Shown here one piece after another: positions 10,615-20,445 of a stretch of DNA of 64,000 bases. The position numbers and the translations under genes are program-made. The notes under the pieces were generated by a model. The model did no database searches. It was not told the origin of the DNA and saw nothing but the letters and a program-made list of their open reading frames with translations. The first letter of the stretch is position 1; each line of letters begins with the position of its first letter. Source of the stretch: Calditrichaceae bacterium (GTDB lineage: Bacteria > Calditrichota > Calditrichia > Calditrichales > JBFXGD01); the NCBI GenBank assembly GCA_050178385.1, contig JBFXGD010000001.1, forward strand, positions 1 to 64,000, written 5' to 3'.

Positions 10615-11040
10615 GTGAAAGAAAGAACATTGGCAATTCTGAAACCGGATTGTGTTCAGAATAATAATACAGGCAAAGTGATTGATCATTTATTAAACGC
10701 GGGATTCAAAATAATCGCGATGAAAATGACGAAATTGACACCGGCAACCGCGGGCGAATTTTACGCTGTCCATAAGGAAAGACCTTTTTATGGTGAACTG
10801 GTTGATTTTATGACCGAGAGTCGTGTGGTTCCGCTGGTTCTCGAAAAAGAAAATGCGGTCGCCGAACTTCGAAAAACGATTGGAGCAACGGATCCTGCAG
10901 AAGCCGAGGCCGGGACTGTAAGAAAATTATATGCTGAGAGTAAGGGAAGAAATGTCATTCACGCATCCGATTCACCTGAGAATGCGATAATCGAAATTAA
11001 GTTTTTCTTTTCTGAGCAGGAATTAATTGAAAACAATTAA
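10615..11040 (+). CDS. ndk: Nucleoside diphosphate kinase
   Basis: [26 protein letters not shown] start after AGGAG. Confidence 0.95.
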   Translation: MKERTLAILKPDCVQNNNTGKVIDHLLNAGFKIIAMKMTKLTPATAGEFYAVHKERPFYGELVDFMTESRVVPLVLEKENAVAELRKTIGATDPAEAEAGTVRKLYAESKGRNVIHASDSPENAIIEIKFFFSEQELIENN

Positions 11041-11070
11041 TTAAAAGCGCTGGAAACAGCGCTTTTAATT
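11039..11070 (+). terminator. Perfect 14-bp hairpin with GAAA tetraloop (terminator-like or mRNA-stabilising)
   Basis: AATTAAAAGCGCTG-GAAA-CAGCGCTTTTAATT between ndk and the hbd SD sequence. Confidence 0.65.
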
Positions 11071-11087
11071 GTTTTTAGGAGGTGGCT

Positions 11088-12008
11088 ATGGCAGAAAATA
11101 TTATGGATATCGAGATTCTGCGTCAGACTGAGATTGCTGCAAATGATCAAATGGATGTGATCAAGAAAGTAGTTGTGTTTGGAGCCGGCATAATGGGGAG
11201 AGGTATCTCTCAATTGGTGGCGTCAAAAGGTATGGATGTGATTTTGATCGAAAGAGATAAAGAATCTGCCAAAAAGGGACTTTCTGAGTTACAAAAGAAT
11301 ATTGATGCTGAAATCGCCAGATGGACGATGACCGAGAGTGAAAAAAGGGCCATTCTCAGCAGAACAAGTGTTTCGAGCAAAGTTGATGATGCGGTCTATG
11401 GCGACATCGTGATAGAATCAATTTCCGAGAATCTGTCCGTCAAGCAAAATTTGTTAAATAAGATCGATAAAATTTGCGAACCGGATACTATTTTTATCAC
11501 AAACACATCGGCTTTGAGTATTACTGAAATAGCCTCTGTCACAGAGCGTCAGGACAGGATTATCGGTATGCATTTTCTAAATCCCGTTCCCAAAATACCT
11601 CTGGTTGAGATTGTCCGCGGTTTAAAAACATCAAATGAAACGTATCAGTTTATTAAAACGTTTGCTGAAACATTAGATAAAACAGCGGTTGAAGTCTTTG
11701 AATATCCCGGTTATATCACCACCCGCATAATTGTGCCGATGATCAATGAGGCAATCCACATTTTAATGGAAGGTGTCGCGACCGCGGAACATATTGATAC
11801 AGCCATGAAACTGGGTTATAATTTTTCAAAAGGACCTCTTGCGCTAGCGGATGCAATTGGATTAGATGAACTCATGACCTGGATGGAGACACTCTTCCGT
11901 GAACTGGGAGATTCAAAATACCGGCCCTGTCCGCTCTTAAGAAAACTTGTTCGAGCCGGACATTTAGGACAAAAAACCGGTAGAGGATTCTTTCAGTATG
12001 CTAAATAA
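11088..12008 (+). CDS. hbd: 3-hydroxybutyryl-CoA / 3-hydroxyacyl-CoA dehydrogenase
   Basis: VFGAGIMG Rossmann motif, TNTSALSI, GMHFLNP, GQKTGRGFF; ATG follows AGGAGG. Confidence 0.85.
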   Translation: MAENIMDIEILRQTEIAANDQMDVIKKVVVFGAGIMGRGISQLVASKGMDVILIERDKESAKKGLSELQKNIDAEIARWTMTESEKRAILSRTSVSSKVDDAVYGDIVIESISENLSVKQNLLNKIDKICEPDTIFITNTSALSITEIASVTERQDRIIGMHFLNPVPKIPLVEIVRGLKTSNETYQFIKTFAETLDKTAVEVFEYPGYITTRIIVPMINEAIHILMEGVATAEHIDTAMKLGYNFSKGPLALADAIGLDELMTWMETLFRELGDSKYRPCPLLRKLVRAGHLGQKTGRGFFQYAK

Positions 12009-12056
12009 TGTCACGGCGGCGATTAGAAAGTAAATTTAATTTTGGGGAAAACGAAG

Positions 12057-13265
12057 ATGATCGTGCTGGTTATAAATGCAGGTAGTTCATCTGTAAAGTA
12101 CCAGGTAGTTAATCCGGAGAGCAGCGTGGTTCTGGCAAAAGGTATTGTCGAGCGAATCGGAATGTCCGGTGCGATATTGACTCACAAGCCTTTTGATCGT
12201 GAAGAAATACGTCTTTCGGGAGAAATACTTGATCATAAGATGGCCATAGAATATGTCATAAGCATCCTGATGAGCAAGAACCACGGGGTGATTAAAGACA
12301 AAAAAGAAATCGAAGCTGTTGGACATCGCGTGGTGCACGGAGGTGAATCATTCAGCGGTTCTGTTTTGATTACTGAAGATGTGATTAAAGAGATTCGCCG
12401 CTGTATAGATTATGCGCCTCTGCACAATCCGCCAAATCTCAAGGGTATCGCCGCCGCCATGCAGATTTTACCGGATACGCTGCAGGTAGGCGTATTTGAC
12501 ACGGCTTTTCATCAGACAATGCCGGTACATGCCTATCTTTATGGTCTGCCATATGTGTTATATAAACGACATGGGATAAGACGATACGGATTCCACGGAA
12601 CCTCTCACCGATATGTCTCAGAGCGAGCGATCGAGATTTTAAAAAAACCAGGTGATCAGCTGAAAATTATTACCTGTCATCTTGGGAACGGCGCTTCGGC
12701 AGCCGCGGTGAAAAATGGTCAGTCTGTTGATACTTCGATGGGATTCACACCGCTCGAGGGGCTGCTGATGGGTACGCGCAGCGGAGATCTGGATCCGGCG
12801 ATCATTCTGCAGATAATGGGTAAGGAAGAATTGACTATGAACGACGCGACCACCATGCTCAACAAACACAGCGGGCTGCAGGGTGTGAGCGGAATCAGCA
12901 GCGATATGCGCGAGATTGAAAATGAGTACAAAGAAAGCGGGCGGGCCAGGTTAGCGCACGACATTTTTACATACAGACTAAAAAAATATATTGGCGCTTA
13001 CGCGGCGGCGATGGGTGGTCTGGACGCGATTGTTTTTACAGGCGGTATCGGTGAAAATTCTTCGCTTGTCAGAAAAAATTCACTTGAAGGACTCGAATTT
13101 CTCGGAGTCAAACTGGATAACCTGAAGAATGAAGCCAAATCGAAAGAAGAACGGACTATAAGCAGTGATGATTCCAAAGTGACCTGTCTCGTAATCCCGA
13201 CTAACGAAGAACTGGTAATTGCTATCGATACAATGAGGATAGTCAACGAAAATAAGGGCGCATAA
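12057..13265 (+). CDS. ackA: Acetate kinase
   Basis: VINAGSSSVK, GHRVVHGG, APLHNP, RYGFHGTSH, HLGNG, FTGGIGEN, PTNEE. Confidence 0.96.
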   Translation: MIVLVINAGSSSVKYQVVNPESSVVLAKGIVERIGMSGAILTHKPFDREEIRLSGEILDHKMAIEYVISILMSKNHGVIKDKKEIEAVGHRVVHGGESFSGSVLITEDVIKEIRRCIDYAPLHNPPNLKGIAAAMQILPDTLQVGVFDTAFHQTMPVHAYLYGLPYVLYKRHGIRRYGFHGTSHRYVSERAIEILKKPGDQLKIITCHLGNGASAAAVKNGQSVDTSMGFTPLEGLLMGTRSGDLDPAIILQIMGKEELTMNDATTMLNKHSGLQGVSGISSDMREIENEYKESGRARLAHDIFTYRLKKYIGAYAAAMGGLDAIVFTGGIGENSSLVRKNSLEGLEFLGVKLDNLKNEAKSKEERTISSDDSKVTCLVIPTNEELVIAIDTMRIVNENKGA

Positions 13266-13311
13266 AGTCAAATGACTCAAAATAAATATTTTGAGGTTTT
13301 ATCATATAAAT

Positions 13312-13340
13312 TTGAATTACAAAGGTTCTTTTTATATATT
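13312..13340 (+). promoter_or_regulatory. Putative sigma70-type promoter for the yceD-rpmF-plsX-fab operon
   Basis: TTGAAT-N17-TATATT ending 11 nt before the ATG at 13352. Confidence 0.5.
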
Positions 13341-13351
13341 TCCGCTTTGCT

Positions 13352-13846
13352 ATGAAGATCAATATTCAAAATATTAAAAATAATCTCATTGAGATTGAAG
13401 ATTCGATTGAAACAGGGTTTCTGAAAGAAGAATTAAGAACCTATTACCCTGAGCCGTTTTGGGTTCATGTATGGGTGGACCGATTTGATCATGATTACCG
13501 GATAAAAGTTGTTGTGAAAACAACCGGATATTATAATTGTGATCGCTGTCTGGCACCGTATTCAGAACCATTTGAAGGAATGCTGGAACATATCTATCAA
13601 ATAGGAAAGGGCCGTCTGGCTGAGACGGAAGATGTGACTCAGCTGCCCGGCGACGCGATAGAGATAGATATTTCACCGTTGATAACAGAAATTATTACTC
13701 TTAATCACCCGGTGAAAATGATCTGCAAAAACGAATGTATGGGTCTTTGTCCCGGTTGCGGAGCGGACCTGAATATCGAAAAATGTAGTTGTTCAGAAAA
13801 AAAAATAGATCCCAGATGGGAAGATTTAAGAAAATTTATTAAGTAG
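13352..13846 (+). CDS. yceD: DUF177/YceD family protein
   Basis: CDRCL, CKNECMGLCPGCG, IDPRWEDL; canonical position before rpmF. Confidence 0.9.
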   Translation: MKINIQNIKNNLIEIEDSIETGFLKEELRTYYPEPFWVHVWVDRFDHDYRIKVVVKTTGYYNCDRCLAPYSEPFEGMLEHIYQIGKGRLAETEDVTQLPGDAIEIDISPLITEIITLNHPVKMICKNECMGLCPGCGADLNIEKCSCSEKKIDPRWEDLRKFIK

Positions 13847-13855
13847 GAGCATAAA

Positions 13856-14044
13856 ATGGCTAATCCAAAACGAAAGATTTCCCGCTCAAAAAGAGATATG
13901 CGCCGCGCGCAGTGGGCAAATCTTTTAAAATCCAAAACACTTGTTAAATGTGATCACTGCGGAGAGCAAAAATTACCTCATCACGCATGCCCTGCTTGTG
14001 GTTACCACAAAGGCAAAAGTGTATTTATTCCTAAATCCGCTTAG
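13856..14044 (+). CDS. rpmF: 50S ribosomal protein L32 (four-Cys form)
   Basis: MANPKRKISRSKRDMRR; CDHCG...HHACPACG. Confidence 0.95.
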   Translation: MANPKRKISRSKRDMRRAQWANLLKSKTLVKCDHCGEQKLPHHACPACGYHKGKSVFIPKSA

Positions 14045-14067
14045 TATAATCGTATCGGGTTAAATTA

Positions 14068-15069
14068 GTGCGCATAGCATTAGATATTCTTGGAGGAGAT
14101 TTGGGGCCCCGCGCTACGGTCGAAGGGGCTTATTTATATATCAAGGAATCCCATGATGACGATGAGATTGTGCTTGTCGGTGACCGGGATTTAATCCAGG
14201 ATCAATTACAACATATTCCTCTGAAATTTCATGAACGGTTTTCAATCGTCCATGCCCCTGAAAATATTGAGATGAATGAGTCACCTACCGAAGCTCTTAA
14301 GAAAAAGAAAAACTCTTCGATGGTTGTGGGTCTGGATCTACATAAACGAGGTGAAGTTTCTGCTTTTGTGAGCGCAGGCAGCACAGGCGCCCAAATGGCC
14401 GGAAGTCTTTTTGCACTAGGTCGTATCGAAGGTGTGAAGCGTCCCGCGATAGGTGCGTTTCTGCCAAGTGAACACGGCATGGTGTTTGTTATAGATGTGG
14501 GAGCAAACGCTGACTCCAAACCCAATCATCTCTTGCAATTTGCCGTGATGGGTAATATTTTTGTCAGTAAAGTATTCAATGCGCCGAACTCAACAATCGG
14601 ATTGCTCAGTATAGGTGAAGAGGAAAAAAAGGGGAATGAGTTAACGGTCGCCGCGCATCAGCTTCTTAAACAAAAATTGCGCAATTTCACCGGTAATGTT
14701 GAAGGTGGAGATATCCTTAAAGGAAAATGCGACATCATTGTTTGTGATGGATTTGTCGGCAATATTCTTCTGAAAATGGCTGAGAGTGTGATGGGAGTAA
14801 TTGTTAAGGGCATTAAGAAGAATATCGGGAATAATTTATTTACAAATTTGGGCGCTCTTCTTGTAAAACCGGCATTTTCTGAACTAAAACGTAGTTATGA
14901 CTATGAAGAATATGGCGGTGTCCCTCTGCTTGGAGTTGATGGCATCTCGATTATCTGTCATGGTAAATCAACCGCCAAAGCTATAAAAAACGCAATTAAA
15001 GTTGCAAAAAACATGCAGCAGAAAAACGTGAACAAACTCATCGCGGAGCGATTAAATACAGAGGATTAA
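14068..15069 (+). CDS. plsX: Phosphate acyltransferase PlsX
   Basis: IALDILGGD, VSAGSTGA, DVGAN, GNVEG, CDGFVGN, CHGKS. Confidence 0.95.
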   Translation: MRIALDILGGDLGPRATVEGAYLYIKESHDDDEIVLVGDRDLIQDQLQHIPLKFHERFSIVHAPENIEMNESPTEALKKKKNSSMVVGLDLHKRGEVSAFVSAGSTGAQMAGSLFALGRIEGVKRPAIGAFLPSEHGMVFVIDVGANADSKPNHLLQFAVMGNIFVSKVFNAPNSTIGLLSIGEEEKKGNELTVAAHQLLKQKLRNFTGNVEGGDILKGKCDIIVCDGFVGNILLKMAESVMGVIVKGIKKNIGNNLFTNLGALLVKPAFSELKRSYDYEEYGGVPLLGVDGISIICHGKSTAKAIKNAIKVAKNMQQKNVNKLIAERLNTED

Positions 15070-15071
15070 AT

Positions 15072-16079
15072 ATGTCTATTCGTGCCAAGATCAGTGCCGT
15101 AAGTCACTATGTGCCGGACAAAGTCCTTACTAATTTCGACCTCGAAAAACTCGTTGACACAAATGATGAATGGATCCGTACGCGTACAGGTATCAGGGAA
15201 AGAAGAATTTTAGGGCCCGGGAAGGCGACATCCGATATGGCCGCCGAGGCCGTTAAAAATCTCTGCAAGCAGCGTAAAATTGATCCGCTTGATATAGAAG
15301 TTATTATTGTTGCCACCGTAACTCCGGATATGTTCTTTCCCAGCACCGGAAATCTTGTTCAGGAGAAGGCCGGGGCAAAAAACGCCTGGTCCTTTGATGT
15401 GGCCGCCGCATGCTCGGGATTTCTGTTCGCGCTTACTATCGGCACCCAGTTTATTCAGGCCGGAACTCATAAAAAAGTGGTTGTGGTCGGTTCAGATAAA
15501 ATGAGTTCAATTGTTAACTATACGGACCGTAATACCTGCGTACTTTTCGGTGATGCAGCAGGAGCGGTTCTTCTGGAGCCATCAGAAGACGATCATCTCG
15601 GAATAATTGATTCCATGTCGTTTTCCGATGGAAGCGGCGCTGAGTACCTGATGATGAAGGGTGGAGGAAGTCTGTTCCCCGCATCGCTTGAGACCGTCGC
15701 CAAAGACTGGCATTTTATCTATCAGGATGGGAAATCCGTTTTTAAATTTGCTGTACAGAAAATGTCGGAAGTTTCCGTTAATATATTAAAAAAGCATAAT
15801 TATACAGGTGATGACCTGAAATTATTTGTACCGCATCAGGCAAATCTTCGCATCATAGACAGCGCCGTTAAAAAACTCGGTATTGATTACAATAAAGTGA
15901 TGATAAATATTGATCGGTATGGAAATACAACGGCAGCCACCATACCGCTGGCACTTTCAGAAGCCTTTTTGCAGGGAAAACTGGAAAAAGGAGATTTGGT
16001 TCTGTTCGCCACATTCGGCGGTGGATTTACATGGGCGAGTACATTAGTCAAATGGGCGATCGACAAACCATCGAATTAG
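15072..16079 (+). CDS. fabH: 3-oxoacyl-ACP synthase III
   Basis: AACSGF, PHQANLRI, YGNTTAA (Cys-His-Asn triad). Confidence 0.95.
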   Translation: MSIRAKISAVSHYVPDKVLTNFDLEKLVDTNDEWIRTRTGIRERRILGPGKATSDMAAEAVKNLCKQRKIDPLDIEVIIVATVTPDMFFPSTGNLVQEKAGAKNAWSFDVAAACSGFLFALTIGTQFIQAGTHKKVVVVGSDKMSSIVNYTDRNTCVLFGDAAGAVLLEPSEDDHLGIIDSMSFSDGSGAEYLMMKGGGSLFPASLETVAKDWHFIYQDGKSVFKFAVQKMSEVSVNILKKHNYTGDDLKLFVPHQANLRIIDSAVKKLGIDYNKVMINIDRYGNTTAATIPLALSEAFLQGKLEKGDLVLFATFGGGFTWASTLVKWAIDKPSN

Positions 16080-16247
16080 TTTTTTTCAAGACTGCGTATC
16101 CGGTCTGAATAAATTTATCGCGAAGACACAGTTAACTATAAACCGAAAATGAATGCAAGATAGAGATATCTCATTCAAAATAAACAAAGTTAAACAGCTC
16201 TTCAATCTTGAGTCGGAAAACCAACGGAAGAAGGAAATTACCCGTAT

Positions 16248-17174
16248 ATGGACAGAGCTTTTATTTTTCCCGGACAGGCTTCTCAGTATGTAGGCATGGG
16301 ACAGGATTTGTATGAAAAATACGATTTAGCCCGAAAGTATTTCGATAAAGCGAATGAAGTTATGAACCTGGATCTGAAAAAAATCTGTTTCGAAGGTCCG
16401 GAAGATGATTTAAAACAAACTTTTATTACTCAGCCGGCCATTTATGTGCACAGCACAATAGTGTATAATTTAATGAGACTGGAAGGCCGCGTGCCTTTAG
16501 CGGTCGCGGGTCACAGTCTTGGAGAGTACAGCGCTCTGGTAGCAGCGGAATCGATTTCGTTTGAAGACGGTTTAAAGCTGGTAAAAAAACGCAGCGAGCT
16601 GATGCACAAAGCGGGTCAGGAAAAGCCGGGTACGATGGCCGCGCTTATCGGAATGAATCCTGATCAGGTGAATGAATTATGCGATAAACTTTATAGTAAA
16701 GGGATCATTCAGCCGGCTAATTTTAATTGTCCCGGACAGATTGCCGTATCCGGTGACAGGCATGTCATACTTGATGCTATAAATGTCGCAAAGGAAATGG
16801 GCGCGAAAATGGCGGTTGAATTAGTGGTTTCAGGCGCTTTTCACAGCCCCCTGATGCAAAGCGCGGCGGAAGGTTTGCGGGAAGAGCTGAATGCTACAGT
16901 TTTTAAAAATACCACGATACCATTTTATTCAAATGTTGATGCCAATCCTACCCAGGACAGTGCTAAGATAAAGGAATTGCTGCTGAAACAACTCACCAGC
17001 CCGGTACTGTGGCAAAATTTAACTGAAAATATGATAAGGGACGGATACAGGGAATTTTATGAAGTTGGACCCGGTAATGTACTAAAAGGACTTTTGAAAC
17101 GTATTAACCGGTCGGTATCCTGTGATACAGTAGGCAAAATCACTGAATTGGAAAAATCCGAGGGAGAAGCATGA
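16248..17174 (+). CDS. fabD: Malonyl-CoA:ACP transacylase
   Basis: FPGQASQ, GHSLGEY, SGAFHS. Confidence 0.95.
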   Translation: MDRAFIFPGQASQYVGMGQDLYEKYDLARKYFDKANEVMNLDLKKICFEGPEDDLKQTFITQPAIYVHSTIVYNLMRLEGRVPLAVAGHSLGEYSALVAAESISFEDGLKLVKKRSELMHKAGQEKPGTMAALIGMNPDQVNELCDKLYSKGIIQPANFNCPGQIAVSGDRHVILDAINVAKEMGAKMAVELVVSGAFHSPLMQSAAEGLREELNATVFKNTTIPFYSNVDANPTQDSAKIKELLLKQLTSPVLWQNLTENMIRDGYREFYEVGPGNVLKGLLKRINRSVSCDTVGKITELEKSEGEA

Positions 17175-17911
17175 ATTTAAGCGGCAGGGTGGCTATCGTA
17201 ACCGGATCATCAAGAGGAATAGGCAAGTCAATCGCGTTGGAGCTGGCGGCAAGAGGAGCGAATATTGTACTGAGCGGCAGGAACAAAGAGAGTCTGGATA
17301 AAGTTTCGAAAGAAATCATAGAAAAAGGTCCCGATGTTCTTGCAGTCGCCGGAGATGTTGGAAATGCATCAGATGCACAGAATTTAATCGACAGCGCTTT
17401 AGAGAAATTCGGGAAGATTGATATTTTAATAAATAACGCGGGTATCACGCGGGATAATCTTTTGCTGCGTATGTCGGAAGAAGACTGGGATATAGTATTA
17501 AAAACAAATTTGAAAGGCGCGTATAACTGCATACGCAGTATTACAAAACCATACATGAAACAGCGGAATGGCGTGATCATTAATATAACCTCGGTGATAG
17601 GCCAGGTCGGGAATGCGGGACAGGTAAATTATGCGGCATCAAAAGCCGGAGTTATCGGTCTTACAAAGAGTGTTGCAAAAGAATTGTCGGGAAGAAATAT
17701 CCGCGTAAATGCGGTAGCGCCAGGATTTATTGAGACAGAGATGACGGAAAATTTACCTCAGCAGGTAAAAGATGAATTGCTTAAATCAATTCCATTAGCT
17801 AAGTTAGGCCAGCCTGAAGATGTTGCTAAATTAGTATCATTTTTAGTTTCTGATGATGCTGCTTATATTACAGGGCAGGTCATCAATGTTGACGGCGGCA
17901 TGGTAATGTAA
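17171..17911 (+). CDS. fabG: 3-oxoacyl-ACP reductase
   Basis: TGSSRGIG, NNAGITRD, YAASKAG; 4-nt overlap with fabD. Confidence 0.95.
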   Translation: MNLSGRVAIVTGSSRGIGKSIALELAARGANIVLSGRNKESLDKVSKEIIEKGPDVLAVAGDVGNASDAQNLIDSALEKFGKIDILINNAGITRDNLLLRMSEEDWDIVLKTNLKGAYNCIRSITKPYMKQRNGVIINITSVIGQVGNAGQVNYAASKAGVIGLTKSVAKELSGRNIRVNAVAPGFIETEMTENLPQQVKDELLKSIPLAKLGQPEDVAKLVSFLVSDDAAYITGQVINVDGGMVM

Positions 17912-17960
17912 AAATGTAAATTCGAATAGTAGCTAACATTAAATAATGAAGGAGAATAAA

Positions 17961-18197
17961 ATGGCTATTGAAGAAAAAGTCAAAGAGATTATCATCGATC
18001 AGTTGGGCGTTGATGAAGCACAAGTAAAACCAGAAGCTTCTTTTATAGATGATCTTGGCGCGGATAGTCTGGATACTGTTGAACTGGTCATGGCATTTGA
18101 AGAAAAATTCGAAATTGAAATTCCTGATGAAGACGCGGAAAAGATGCGTACGGTTGGGGATGCCATTTCATATCTGACTGAAAAATTAGGCAATTAA
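17961..18197 (+). CDS. acpP: Acyl carrier protein
   Basis: [17 protein letters not shown] 17961 follows AAGGAG. Confidence 0.96.
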   Translation: MAIEEKVKEIIIDQLGVDEAQVKPEASFIDDLGADSLDTVELVMAFEEKFEIEIPDEDAEKMRTVGDAISYLTEKLGN

Positions 18198-18212
18198 TCT
18201 GACAATTGATCT

Positions 18213-18260
18213 ATAAATTGAGGCAATTCTGTTGATATCAACCGGATTGCTTCTATTTAT
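18213..18260 (+). other. Long imperfect RNA hairpin between acpP and fabF
   Basis: ATAAATTGAGGCAATTCTGTTGA pairs with TCAACCGGATTGCTTCTATTTAT over about 22 positions, with two mismatches and two G-U pairs. Confidence 0.55.
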
Positions 18261-18299
18261 TTATATTCCTGTAAGTAGAACAAAATGGATTATGAGGTC

Positions 18300-19541
18300 A
18301 TGGCAAAAAGACGAGTAGTAGTGACAGGTTTTGGGGCCATTACGCCGGTGGGCTTAAATGCATCCGAAACCTGGGAAAATCTATTAAAGGGCAAAAGCGG
18401 CGTCAATTCTATCACCTTGTTTGACCCGGACAGTTTCACCACAAAAATCGCCGCTCAAGTTAAAGGCTATGATCCTTTAAATTATTTTGACAGTAAAGAA
18501 TCCAGAAAACTGGATCGGTATACGCAGTTCGCATTAATTTCCGCAAAAGAAGCAATTGAAATGTCCGGTCTTGATTTGGAAAAAGAAGATCGTGACCGAA
18601 TCGGAGTAATCGTGGGATCCGGTATCGGAGGTATGTCCTCATTCGAGAATGAACATGAGAAACTTCTGACTCAGGGACCGAGAAGGGTTAGCCCGTATTT
18701 TATTCCGCAAATGATTGCTGATATTGCCGCCGGTCAAATTTCCATGGCATATAACCTCAAAGGCCCGAATTATTCAACGGTTTCGGCCTGCGCCACTTCC
18801 GGGCACAGTATAGGCATCAGTATGCGTACCATTCAATATGGCGATGCTGATATAATGGTGGCCGGAGGCTCCGAAGCATCTATTACTCCAATGGGAGTCG
18901 CCGGATTTAACTCCATGAAAGCGCTTTCGACCCGTAATGACGATCCTGAAAAGGCCAGTCGTCCTTTCGATCTTGGGCGTGACGGGTTTGTTATGGGGGA
19001 AGGCGCCGGGATTGTCATTATTGAAGAACTGGAGCATGCTCTCAGGCGGGGCGCGACCATCTATGCCGAATTAGGAGGTATCGGATTCACCGCGGATGCT
19101 TATCACATCACACAACCGGCCCCGGGTGGGGAAGGCGCGATTCGCGCAATCCGAAATTGCGTTAAAGATTCTGACTTTGAATTGACTGATATTCAATATA
19201 TAAATGCTCATGGGACCTCAACGCCCTTTAATGACAAAAATGAAAGCGCGGCCATTAAAACACTATTTGGCGACCACGCCTATAAAATGAATATAAGCTC
19301 GACTAAATCAATGACCGGCCATCTGTTGGGCGCCGCAGGCGGTATAGAAATGATTATATCGACGCTTGTTGTAAAAAATGATATTATTCCACCGACAATA
19401 AATTATGAGACACCTGATCCGGAATGTGATTTAAACTATACACCGAACAAAGCGGTAGAAAGGGTTGTAAATGCCGCGGTGAGTAATTCTTTTGGGTTTG
19501 GCGGCCATAATGCCTGTTTGTGTGTCAAAAAATATGCATAA
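18300..19541 (+). CDS. fabF: 3-oxoacyl-ACP synthase II
   Basis: RRVVVTG, SACATS, INAHGTST, GHLLGAAG, NSFGFGG. Confidence 0.96.
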   Translation: MAKRRVVVTGFGAITPVGLNASETWENLLKGKSGVNSITLFDPDSFTTKIAAQVKGYDPLNYFDSKESRKLDRYTQFALISAKEAIEMSGLDLEKEDRDRIGVIVGSGIGGMSSFENEHEKLLTQGPRRVSPYFIPQMIADIAAGQISMAYNLKGPNYSTVSACATSGHSIGISMRTIQYGDADIMVAGGSEASITPMGVAGFNSMKALSTRNDDPEKASRPFDLGRDGFVMGEGAGIVIIEELEHALRRGATIYAELGGIGFTADAYHITQPAPGGEGAIRAIRNCVKDSDFELTDIQYINAHGTSTPFNDKNESAAIKTLFGDHAYKMNISSTKSMTGHLLGAAGGIEMIISTLVVKNDIIPPTINYETPDPECDLNYTPNKAVERVVNAAVSNSFGFGGHNACLCVKKYA

Positions 19542-19632
19542 TTCATGCTGCGGGTTACTGGTGTGAACTATTTGCGATGGGTTATTCAGAGAGTTAACGG
19601 TAATCTTAATACTGACATGTGCAAATTAAAAT

Positions 19633-20415
19633 ATGATAAAAGAAATAATCCAAAGGATTGGAATTCCGCTTCCTGAGAAGGAGAAATTTCCGGTAGATTT
19701 AAAAAAATTAGAAAAAATACTTGAATATACATTTCAGGACAAAGAATTAATACTTAAAGCTTTAAGGCATCGATCATACCTTAGTTTAACCCATGAAGAT
19801 AATATTGAGTCAAATGAAAGGCTGGAGTTTTTAGGAGATGCCGTTCTCGATCTGATAGTCACGGAACATCTTTATAAAGATTTTAAAGGGCAGAGCGAAG
19901 GAGTATTATCCAAAAAGAAATCCATTCTTGTTTCACGTCAGGTGTTGGGCCATCTCACGGACAAACTTGGTCTCGGTGAGTATCTTCTCATCAATAAGGG
20001 AGAAGAAAAGACCGGAGGAAGAAGAAGGCTCTCCAATCTTGCTAATCTTTTTGAAGCCTTATTGGGTGCTATTTATCTCGACTCCGGTATCAAATCCGCT
20101 GAAAATTTTGTTTACCGGAATCTCCTGGACCAGCGTGATGAATTTCTGAAAACAAAATCCTATTTTAATTATAAATCATCCTTATTGGAATTTGCCCAGG
20201 CCAAAGGCTGGGGATTTCCAAAGTATGAAATTTTGGCTGAAGAAGGTCCTGATCATGAAAAACAATTTATTATTCAGGTAAATGTTAATGATAAATGGTC
20301 AGCAACGGGAACCGGGAGAAGCAAAAAAAATGCCGAACAACGCGCGGCGCAAAATGTTTTGAAAAAGATTGAGGAATCATCAGAAAAAATTTCTAAATAT
20401 TTGAAAGACGAATAA
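19633..20415 (+). CDS. rnc: Ribonuclease III
   Basis: NERLEFLGDAVL signature; C-terminal dsRBD (GPDHEK, SKKNAEQ). Confidence 0.96.
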   Translation: MIKEIIQRIGIPLPEKEKFPVDLKKLEKILEYTFQDKELILKALRHRSYLSLTHEDNIESNERLEFLGDAVLDLIVTEHLYKDFKGQSEGVLSKKKSILVSRQVLGHLTDKLGLGEYLLINKGEEKTGGRRRLSNLANLFEALLGAIYLDSGIKSAENFVYRNLLDQRDEFLKTKSYFNYKSSLLEFAQAKGWGFPKYEILAEEGPDHEKQFIIQVNVNDKWSATGTGRSKKNAEQRAAQNVLKKIEESSEKISKYLKDE

Positions 20416-20445
20416 TATCATAAAAGATAAAGGTGTAATCTGTCA

